Assembly: GCA_963666215.2 (NCBI GenBank)
Contig: CAXWPL010000002.1
Span: 576,001-640,000 of the forward strand
Reading direction: 5' to 3'
Origin: Acidobacteriota bacterium
GTDB taxonomy: Bacteria; Acidobacteriota; UBA890; WLXD01
Length of the DNA stretch: 64,000 nucleotides
The position numbers and the translations under genes are program-made. Below are positions 10,850-18,775 of the stretch, in pieces. Numbering within the stretch: the stretch's first letter is position 1; each line of letters opens with the position of its first letter. A model generated the notes under the pieces. The model was given only the letters and a program-made list of their open reading frames with translations. It searched no databases and was not told where the DNA came from.

Positions 10850-12274
10850 GTGGTTGCCGCGATCGAGAGGTGCAACATTCCGGTGCGTGAGCTCGGCACC
10901 ATATGGCCCCGCTGGCTGGGTCGGGATCGATTCGGCCAGGCCTTCCTGGTTTTGGCGGTGATCTGGACCGCGACAATGCCCCTGTCGATCGCAGTCGCCG
11001 AGATTGCGCTGTGGTCAGCGGCGGCTCTCTGGGCTGTAGCCTGGGTGCGGCGCGAGTTCTACCACCCCGGTGACGCGCCGGAGCCTGCCGACCGCGGACC
11101 GGCGGGAGACATCTTCTCGCTGATCGGCACTCCCCTCATGGCGTTCTGGTGCGCCTCGGTCATCTCCGCGATGAACTCGCGCGCGCCGGTAGACAGCTTG
11201 TGGGAGTTGCGCGAGATCTTCCTCTTTGCGGTCCCGCTGGTGACCTACCTCGCGTACCGTGACTCCGGCGTGCGCCGGCTCGGCCTGCTGGTGTTTGCCA
11301 TCGGCACGGCGATCGCGATTGCGGTCGGTCTAGCTCAAACGTTCGTGGCCGTGCGCGCGGGGCAGTTCCCGGACGCCTATCGTCCGGACGGCCCGCTGGG
11401 CCACTACATGACGTACGCGGGAACACTGATGCTGGCGTTGCCCGTCCTGCTGATTCCCAGCGGTCGCTGGATCGGCATTGCGTCACGACTGCTGGCGGTG
11501 TCAGCCGCGATGGTGGTGCTGCTCACGATGACGCGGAGCGCCTGGATCGGCTTGGCGGCGGGGCTCTTCGTCTACGCTGGCTGTCGCCTCGTAAGGGGCC
11601 GGGCAGAAACCGATTCTGGCGCGCCCCGACAGGTCGACCCCAGAGCCGCTGCGCGGTCGGGAGCAGGATATGGCGTGCCTCTCCTCGTCGGCATCATCGT
11701 CGCCATCGTCCTGCTGCTGTCGCTTGCCGGCAGCGATGCTCTTCTCGCTCGCGGCGCGAGCATCTTCTCGGTGGACAATCCGGCTAATCTCGACCGACTC
11801 GCGATGGCCGCGACGGGACTTCGTGTTGTTCGTAACCACCCCTTTCTCGGGGTGGGGCCCGGGCTGATGGGGAGGGTCTATCCGGCCTGGGCGGTCGAGT
11901 GGGCCGTGAAGGAATCGAATCCTCACCTACACAACAACGCGCTTCAGGTTGCCGCTGAGCGAGGTCTCATCGGGCTCGCGCTGTGGCTCTGGCTGATGGC
12001 GGCGTTCGTTGTCGGGGCGTGGCGTGTGCTGCGATATTCGGGGCCACTCGGCGAGGGTGGACGCGAAGCGCGGGCGGCACTTGCGGCTCTGGCGGCGTTC
12101 CTCGTGATGGGTCAGTTCGAGTACAACTTCAGCGACTCGGAAGTGCTGATGGTCCTTCTGTTCGTGGGCTCGTTGCCATTCGCGGCGAGCTCGGGAATCG
12201 CGATGCGTGCGGCGCGCCCCAACGAGCTCAGGCCAGTCCCAGCTCCGCAGCCGAGCCACGTAGCGCCTCGATGA
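10850..12274 (+). CDS. O-antigen ligase (Wzy_C) family membrane protein
   Basis: Multiple TM helices, TMTRSAWIG, HPFLGVGPG, HLHNNALQVAAERGLIG. Confidence 0.85.
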   Translation: MVAAIERCNIPVRELGTIWPRWLGRDRFGQAFLVLAVIWTATMPLSIAVAEIALWSAAALWAVAWVRREFYHPGDAPEPADRGPAGDIFSLIGTPLMAFWCASVISAMNSRAPVDSLWELREIFLFAVPLVTYLAYRDSGVRRLGLLVFAIGTAIAIAVGLAQTFVAVRAGQFPDAYRPDGPLGHYMTYAGTLMLALPVLLIPSGRWIGIASRLLAVSAAMVVLLTMTRSAWIGLAAGLFVYAGCRLVRGRAETDSGAPRQVDPRAAARSGAGYGVPLLVGIIVAIVLLLSLAGSDALLARGASIFSVDNPANLDRLAMAATGLRVVRNHPFLGVGPGLMGRVYPAWAVEWAVKESNPHLHNNALQVAAERGLIGLALWLWLMAAFVVGAWRVLRYSGPLGEGGREARAALAALAAFLVMGQFEYNFSDSEVLMVLLFVGSLPFAASSGIAMRAARPNELRPVPAPQPSHVAPR

Positions 12275-12435
12275 TGTTGTCCACGTGGTCTCGCATCGGC
12301 ACGTCGAGCTCTTCGGCTGCCCGCCGCAGATGATCCCTGTCGATAGCCCGAAAGAACGCCTTGTCCTTGAATTTCTTGGTCACGGACTTCACGGGTAGAT
12401 CCATCACGCTCTTGCTCGGTCGGACGAGACCGAGG

Positions 12436-13841
12436 GGGATGTCCCACCGTCCGTTGAACTAAGGCGACGGTGAAGTGGTTGGGATTGTTACGCAGTACGG
12501 CGCTCCTGCTCAAGGGGAGCGTCGACGGCGGCGTTCAGTGCGGCATCGAGCTTGGCGATGTCGCGGTAGCCACGGACCCTCCGGAAGTGGCTCTCGGCCT
12601 CGATGAGCGCGGTAACCGCCCATCGAACGATCATGCTCCCGAAGCGCCATCTCTTTACGTTGCGGCTGACGTGTTTGATCGTGCCGTTGAGATTCTCGAT
12701 CGTGTTCGTTGAACGCAACGTTCGAAGCAGCGGCCCCTGCACTCCGAGCCGGGTGACGGTGAGCGTCTCTTGCATTCCTTCTCTGAGCGAGGCCGCGGCA
12801 CCCGGGTGATCCGTCTCCAGCTCTTTGGCCACGGCGTCGAGCTGCTTGGTCGCTGCCGCTGCCGTCTCCGCCTTCCAGGCCTTGCGGATCTTCGCCGCGA
12901 ACCAGGGCCGGATATGCCCTGGCAGATGTTCCAAGACGTTCTTGATCTTGTGGACACGGCAGCGCTGGATCAGGGCCCACTCGCCGAACGTGTCGCGCAC
13001 TGCTTTACGGAGGCCCTTGGAGCCATCGATTACCACCAACCGCGCCCGTTCGACGGGCATGCCGCGTTCAATCAACTGCCGCAGCAGCGATCGGCACACA
13101 CGTGAACTCTCGGTGGTGCCTTCTACGACGCCCAGAACATGCTTGACGCCGTCCGTATCGATGCCCATGGCGATCACCAACAGGTGCTTGCCCATGTGCG
13201 TACCGTCGATCACCAGCACCGGCAAGTCCACCTCGTTGAGTGGTTGGGCCAGGTACTGCTGCACCTGCCGGGCGGTACGCGCTACGAACCGCCGCGACAC
13301 ACTCGAGCGACTCGTCCCGGATGAAGTTCGGCCTTCGGGCAGCTGCTCCAACGAGCGCTCATACTTGCGCGTCGTGACGCCGCACAGGATCTGCTCCACG
13401 GCGCGCTCTTCGAGCGGGTCGGTGGCCTTGAACCTCTCCCAGTGCGGCAGCGGCAGCTCTTGGCCATCGACGCTCCGAGCCCGCGGCTTGCGTACCTTGA
13501 CCCGCCGGCCGCCCATCACCAGCGAGCCCTCGTCGTAGCCGTGTCGGTACGCCCGCCGCTGCTGTGACCGTGCGTGGCGTTCTCCGCATAGCTCAGCTCT
13601 GTCTTGCTCGAGCAGCGACCCCAACACCCCGAAGCCGGCGTCCATGACCAGAGCTCGTAGATCCGATCGCGCCGCTACCACGGCCTCCAGCAGCTTGCCC
13701 TCTCGGCGCTCCGCTTTCCTACTCGTCTCTGTTCTGCGACTCTTGCCCATGACGGTGATCCTCCATGCCTAGTGGATTGACCCCGACACACTATCGAGGT
13801 CGGATCACCGTCACCTTTTTCAACGGAAAGCGAGACATCAC
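12436..13841 (-). mobile_element. IS256-family insertion sequence
   Basis: Imperfect ~36-bp terminal inverted repeats at 12438-12473 and 13805-13839 (GATGTCyCrCnnTCCGTTGAA..AAGGyGACGGTGA) flank the transposase. Exact ends are uncertain by a few bp. Confidence 0.88.
12488..13750 (-). CDS. IS256 family transposase (Mutator-type DDE)
   Basis: VIDG, VIDGSKGL, QRCRVHK and STNTIE motifs. Confidence 0.93.
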   Translation of the reverse strand: MGKSRRTETSRKAERREGKLLEAVVAARSDLRALVMDAGFGVLGSLLEQDRAELCGERHARSQQRRAYRHGYDEGSLVMGGRRVKVRKPRARSVDGQELPLPHWERFKATDPLEERAVEQILCGVTTRKYERSLEQLPEGRTSSGTSRSSVSRRFVARTARQVQQYLAQPLNEVDLPVLVIDGTHMGKHLLVIAMGIDTDGVKHVLGVVEGTTESSRVCRSLLRQLIERGMPVERARLVVIDGSKGLRKAVRDTFGEWALIQRCRVHKIKNVLEHLPGHIRPWFAAKIRKAWKAETAAAATKQLDAVAKELETDHPGAAASLREGMQETLTVTRLGVQGPLLRTLRSTNTIENLNGTIKHVSRNVKRWRFGSMIVRWAVTALIEAESHFRRVRGYRDIAKLDAALNAAVDAPLEQERRTA

Positions 13842-14269
13842 CCGGGGGCAACCGCCACGACGAAGCCCACGAGCTCGTCAACCGCGTAGAGAGCACGGTC
13901 CAAGAGACTGCGTCGCGGTACGCCTGTGTGATCGGCGTGCGCCAGTACGGCCTGGAGGATCTCTTCTGGATACCCCTCGGCGCGCAGGATCTCAATGCCG
14001 ACGAAGGGATGCTCCTCGAGCGACGGGTGCTTGTCGTAGTCGAGGTCGTGGAGCAGGCCGGCGATGCCCCAGAGATTCTCGTCCTCACCGTAGTGGCGCG
14101 CGTAGTAGCGCATCGCCACTTCCACCCCGAGCGCGTGCTTGATCAGATGCGGTGTCGTCGTGTGCGCGTGCAACAGCGCAACCGCTTGATCTCGGGAGGG
14201 AAGCATCAGGTCCGGATTCCGGCGCCGGCTGTCGCGGCACCGTGTGCGCCCGCGACTGGCGTGGACGAC

Positions 14270-15373
14270 CTAGTTCTGCCCGAGGCCGAGCCCGAACGGA
14301 CTGTCGAGCGTGATCACCCGGCTGCCGTCACGAGACAGAATTTCATCGCCATCGAGTACGGCCTGGAAATTTCCGTCGGCTTCGAGTTGCCGCAAGGCAG
14401 TCGGCGTAAAGGAACGCAGACGGCCACGCACCACCACCTCCGGCGAATCACCGAGTCGGTCCTCGAGCCAATACCACTCCGACAGCACACGCGAGTTGAA
14501 GAACACTCGGGCACGTCGCCCTTCGCTGTCTTCCACGATTATGTACGGTGCGCGGTTCTCGAGGCGTCGGCCGGTAATTCGAAGGCCGTAGATGTCGACG
14601 CTGCCTCCGGCGATCCTGTTGGAGGTTGTGATGTAGTCCGTGTCTCGGTCGAGATCCTCGAGCGACATCGGTTCGCCCGGCGAGTATCCATCGGCGCTGA
14701 AGCGCATCTCGCCGGTCTCGACGTAGGGAATCGGTGTTCCTTCGGTGCCGTCGGCCGACAGGTAGCTGAACTCGAGGGCGTCGAGGTCGTCCTTGTTGAA
14801 GAACTCTTCGAGCGCTTGCTCCAGGACGAGCTCCTTGGGCACCCATCCCAGGGGGCTTTCGTATAAGGCATGTGTGCGCAGCGAGACCCTGTCGCCCTCG
14901 TTGAAGCTCAGAAGGTCGAGGTTCTCGCCCGCCAGGAGGATCTCGTTGCCGGGCGGCGGCGCTTCGGGGCCGAATTGAAGCATCGTGGGCCGCTCGTCGT
15001 CGCCCTGGTCGCTGGCGCTGCCGTCGTCACCGGCGAGCGTGTCGTTCGAGCCGGTGCTCGCGCTCGAGATCGCACCATTCGTGGTCGCCGGCATGTCGGA
15101 GCTGCGCAGCAGGATCGAGTCCTGATCGACGTGAGCCACCTCGAGATCGGTGATGACGATCTCGATGCTCGGCGGCGGCGCGCTGAGCGCGTGCAGCATG
15201 AAGGCGCGCGGATGGCTGGGGTTGGCCAGGTACTCGGCCATCGTCATCTCTTGAGCCGTCTTCAGGTAGTAGTCCGTGAAGTACGGAACCGCGGTAACGT
15301 AGTAGACGAAGGCCGCCGCTAGGCCAAACAAAAGCCAGTTCAACGGATCGGTGAGCGTCTTCTTGAGCGCCAT
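14270..15373 (-). CDS. Hypothetical membrane-anchored protein
   Basis: 367-aa ORF with coding-like composition, an N-terminal TM helix and an acidic extracytoplasmic part. No family recognised. Confidence 0.65.
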   Translation of the reverse strand: MALKKTLTDPLNWLLFGLAAAFVYYVTAVPYFTDYYLKTAQEMTMAEYLANPSHPRAFMLHALSAPPPSIEIVITDLEVAHVDQDSILLRSSDMPATTNGAISSASTGSNDTLAGDDGSASDQGDDERPTMLQFGPEAPPPGNEILLAGENLDLLSFNEGDRVSLRTHALYESPLGWVPKELVLEQALEEFFNKDDLDALEFSYLSADGTEGTPIPYVETGEMRFSADGYSPGEPMSLEDLDRDTDYITTSNRIAGGSVDIYGLRITGRRLENRAPYIIVEDSEGRRARVFFNSRVLSEWYWLEDRLGDSPEVVVRGRLRSFTPTALRQLEADGNFQAVLDGDEILSRDGSRVITLDSPFGLGLGQN

Positions 15374-15494
15374 CAGACATTGCCTTCAGCGTTTAGCCGG
15401 TGTCGATTGGGGCTGCCCCCCACGGAGGCGCCGAATTATATGCGTAGGTGCTGACTTGTGTCGAGCGGACGAAATCGCGGCTACCGAATCGGGG

Positions 15495-16493
15495 TCAGAT
15501 GCTCGCCGCGAACCGCTCCAGATCATCACGTCGACCCAGCAGGATCAAGGTCGAACCCTCACTGATTTGATGATCTGGCGAGGGGTTGTAAAGCATCTTT
15601 CTGCCGCTGTCCAGCACCGCGACCACAATCAGGCTGAAGCTCTTGCGGATATCGGTCTCCGCAAGCGTGCGGCCAACCAGCCTCGATCGGTCATCTACGA
15701 GCTGTTCTTCGAGCTGCAATTCCAGGTTCTCGCGCGCGGCAACGATTTCTGTGAACTCGTACACCGTCGGTCGAACCACCGACTGCGCCAGGCGCCAGGC
15801 GCCCAGTCGCTCTGGTGAGACCACGCGGTCGGCGCCTGCGGCATAGAGCCTTCGCTCACCTTGCGCCGTTACACTGCGCGCGATCACCGAAGCGTCGGGG
15901 CGGAGGTCCCTCGCTATCAGAGTCACGTACACATTATCGGCGTCGTCCGAGAGCGTTAGCAGGAGGCCGGCGGCGCGCTCGAGGCCGGCGCGCCGCAGCA
16001 CATCTTCGTCGGTGGCGTCGCCAGTGATGGCGGGCAGGCCGTTGTCGGCCGCATGGTTGGTGACTTCGGCGTCGCTGTCGACGACAGCCACCGCCACACC
16101 TTCCGAGCGCAGAATTTCACAGACCTCCTGCCCCACGCGTCCGTAACCGCACACGATGTGGTGCCCGTCGAGTCGAGCCAGCTCGCGCTCCATGCGTCTC
16201 CTTCCCAACACGCGCCGCATTTCGGCCTCGACGATGAGCCGCGAGAGTGTGGCGGCAACATAGCCGAACGCGGCCACGCCCGTGAGGATCAGGGCCCCGG
16301 TCAATACCCGACCCGACGGTGATAGCGGCCGTACTTCCGAGAAACCAACGGTGCTGAGCGTGATGATAACCATGTACAGGCTCTCACCGAGCGACCAGCC
16401 GGGCTCGAGGAGCCAGTAACCCACGGTTCCGCCGACCATGATCACGACGATCAGCAGAATGGCGATGACGACGCGCCTGCCCGAATCCGACAT
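15495..16493 (-). CDS. Potassium channel family protein (2TM pore plus TrkA-N/TrkA-C)
   Basis: TLSTVGFSEV filter, IVCGYGRVG Rossmann motif, GDATDE, C-terminal RCK-C domain. Confidence 0.9.
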   Translation of the reverse strand: MSDSGRRVVIAILLIVVIMVGGTVGYWLLEPGWSLGESLYMVIITLSTVGFSEVRPLSPSGRVLTGALILTGVAAFGYVAATLSRLIVEAEMRRVLGRRRMERELARLDGHHIVCGYGRVGQEVCEILRSEGVAVAVVDSDAEVTNHAADNGLPAITGDATDEDVLRRAGLERAAGLLLTLSDDADNVYVTLIARDLRPDASVIARSVTAQGERRLYAAGADRVVSPERLGAWRLAQSVVRPTVYEFTEIVAARENLELQLEEQLVDDRSRLVGRTLAETDIRKSFSLIVVAVLDSGRKMLYNPSPDHQISEGSTLILLGRRDDLERFAASI

Positions 16494-16633
16494 CGCTGCT
16501 TCGGATGCCGTTGCCGGCAGCACTCGCCCGCGACGTACGCGTAGCAGAGCGCGCGTGGGGTTGGAGCGAGTTGCCCGCCTATCGGGTGACACTCCCGCTG
16601 CGCGCGGATGGGCGCCTTCCCCGTCGGACGTGT

Positions 16634-17125
16634 TCAATCGTTCCGGCTCTCCTCGTCATCGTGCAGCGTTGTGAACGAGAGCACCTCGTAGTTGCGCATG
16701 CCACGCGGGGTCGAGACCGAAACCTCGTCGCCGTCGCCGTGGCCGCTGAGCGCACGACCAATCGGCGACGTCACCGAGATACGGCCGACGCTCGGGTCGG
16801 ACTCATCGGCCGAGACCAGCTTGTAGGTGATCTCCTCGTCACGGTCGAGGTCGAACACGATAACGGTAGACCAGAAGCCGATGGAGTCGCGTGGAATCAT
16901 CTCGACGTTCATCGAGGCGATCGCCTGCCGCTTCCTGTAGGCACGCTTCAGCAACGCCTCGACCATGTCCTTGCGCTCCTTGGCCGCCTCGTGCTCGGCG
17001 TTCTCGCTCAAATCGCCGTGCGCAGCGGCCTCGGCGAGCTGCCGCGGCAAATCCACCTTGAGCTCGCGCTCGAGCGCATGGACCTCGGCCTCGATCTTCG
17101 TCAACAACTGTTCGCGAATTCCCAT
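16634..17125 (-). CDS. greA: Transcription elongation factor GreA
   Basis: HGDLSENAE and ISVTSPIGRAL motifs. Confidence 0.88.
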   Translation of the reverse strand: MGIREQLLTKIEAEVHALERELKVDLPRQLAEAAAHGDLSENAEHEAAKERKDMVEALLKRAYRKRQAIASMNVEMIPRDSIGFWSTVIVFDLDRDEEITYKLVSADESDPSVGRISVTSPIGRALSGHGDGDEVSVSTPRGMRNYEVLSFTTLHDDEESRND

Positions 17126-17201
17126 GCCCCTGCCTGAGATGGTGCTGCTAGCTCGCCGACATGACGAGGTCAACGCGGCGGCTCGCCGCGGATGGGTGGC
17201 T

Positions 17202-18341
17202 TTAGCGCCGGACGCGCTCCAACGCGTTACGCGCGGCTGCGAGTTCGGGATCGACTCCGAGTGCCTTCAAATACGCCGTCTCGGCTCTCTCGAGCTGACT
17301 CTGATATTCCAGCGCGAGGCCGAGGTTATACCAGCTACCGGCGTCGCGCGGTCGCTCGTTCACGAGGCGCCGGAAGCGACGCTCTGCCTGCGGGTAGTCG
17401 CTCGCCATCAACGCCGCAGTCCCCGCCGCGGCCCAGGCGTCGAGGTCGTCCGGGTGGAGCTCGAGAAATCGTTCGAGCGCCTCGATCGACTCTTCGGCGC
17501 GGCCTGTTCGAACGAGAGCCCGACCCAAGTCGAACAGCGCGTAGTCATAGCCGGGATCGATCCGTAGCGCGCGCTCGAAGTTTTCGACCGCCTCCTGGTA
17601 GCGCTCCTCATTGAAGTCGGAGATGCCGAGGAGGGTCCAATATTCGGGGTCGTCGCGGCCCGGCGCCGTGACGTGAATCCTTTCTTCCCCGATCTCGCCG
17701 TGGGTCATCTCCTCGCCGGGCAAGTGTCCGGCCGGCACCGCTGTGTACAGCACGGAAATCTCGGCCAACATCTGCTCGCGCGGCGCCACGACGAAGATCT
17801 CGGTGAGGAAAACTACGTAGCGACTGACGCGGTAGGCGCCAATGCCCACATGCGTGAACAGCGGATCGAGTCGATTGAGACGATGACCGGCGCTGCCCAT
17901 CAAGCCGCTATGGAGTGCCTTGGGGCTTTGGTTTCGTGCCACGTTCTCTGCATAACGAAGGACCTGCGGAAACGCCAGGCGAACCCGCGACTTCGTGGTA
18001 ACGCCGAAGCGTGGCGACTGGTGCGACACCTGGTTGCGCTGTGCCATGTCGACGCTGTGCTGGTAGGCAACCAGGTCGAGCTGCGTGTGTCCTCGTAGCG
18101 GCTTCAGCCCGGCATCCTCGCGCGAGGCGTTGAGCAGTGCCAGCACCTGCCGGCCGAGTGCGCGGGCGTCGTCGTCGAACTCCCACGGGCCCTCCGGATC
18201 CTGGAGGTTCAAGGGCTGAGCCAGACCCTGGCGATTCCGTGTGGCGGATGTCGAGCGAGCCGCCGCTTGCAGCTCGCCGCCGTCGGCAAGCGCAAGTACA
18301 GCGACGAGGCTCAGGAAAAGAACAGCGCTACGGTTCCGCAT
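17202..18341 (-). CDS. Secreted CAP (SCP)-domain protein with C-terminal TPR repeats
   Basis: Signal peptide; LNASR...HSVDMA...ENVA...SAGHRLN...HVGIG; about four TPR motifs. Confidence 0.8.
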   Translation of the reverse strand: MRNRSAVLFLSLVAVLALADGGELQAAARSTSATRNRQGLAQPLNLQDPEGPWEFDDDARALGRQVLALLNASREDAGLKPLRGHTQLDLVAYQHSVDMAQRNQVSHQSPRFGVTTKSRVRLAFPQVLRYAENVARNQSPKALHSGLMGSAGHRLNRLDPLFTHVGIGAYRVSRYVVFLTEIFVVAPREQMLAEISVLYTAVPAGHLPGEEMTHGEIGEERIHVTAPGRDDPEYWTLLGISDFNEERYQEAVENFERALRIDPGYDYALFDLGRALVRTGRAEESIEALERFLELHPDDLDAWAAAGTAALMASDYPQAERRFRRLVNERPRDAGSWYNLGLALEYQSQLERAETAYLKALGVDPELAAARNALERVRR

Positions 18342-18760
18342 GCCAGGTTGAACTGCATGATCAGCACCGCGAGGCGGTGTAGTTGTGGGAAGTCGGGGTG
18401 GTCACCGTTGTGCTCCTCGCGCAGACGACGGATGCGCGGCGCCAGAACCAGCATCGAGTAGATCGCAGAGGTGCTCATCATGCCGATGCACACGTACTCG
18501 ATCGCGTACCAACGGGACATGCGCCCGTACCACAAGATGAACAGCACACTGGTGACGACGAGCGCCACGATGCAGCCGACCACGAGGCGATCGAAGCGAC
18601 GAAGGATCGCTCCCATGAGCGTCCCCGCCTGGCGGCGATTCGGTAGGAGCTTGAAGGTGGTCGGCGCCGCCAGCATCCCGATGGCTACGATTCCGCCCAC
18701 CCACAGCCCGAGCGCTGTCGTGTGGACGAAGTGCAGGATCAAGAAGGTCCAATTGGGCAT
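18311..18760 (-). CDS. DUF4149/TMEM205-like membrane protein
   Basis: Four TM helices; LWVGG...AAPTTFK...AG; FPQLHRLAV. Confidence 0.7.
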   Translation of the reverse strand: MPNWTFLILHFVHTTALGLWVGGIVAIGMLAAPTTFKLLPNRRQAGTLMGAILRRFDRLVVGCIVALVVTSVLFILWYGRMSRWYAIEYVCIGMMSTSAIYSMLVLAPRIRRLREEHNGDHPDFPQLHRLAVLIMQFNLACGTVALFFS

Positions 18761-18775
18761 TGGCGCTCGACGCTC

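Larger units (their letters stand above)
12228..14206 (-). pseudogene. HDIG/HD-domain hydrolase interrupted by IS256
   Basis: 5' part 14206-~13847 (GLLHDLDY...DELVGFVVAVA). 3' part ~12428-12228 (LVRPSKSVMDLPVKSVTKKFKDKAF...LGLA*). Confidence 0.85.

Noticed and set aside
17102-17113. CAAC-N4-GTTC, similar to the LexA box
   Set aside because: It has a mismatch, lies inside the greA coding sequence and lacks the extended palindrome.
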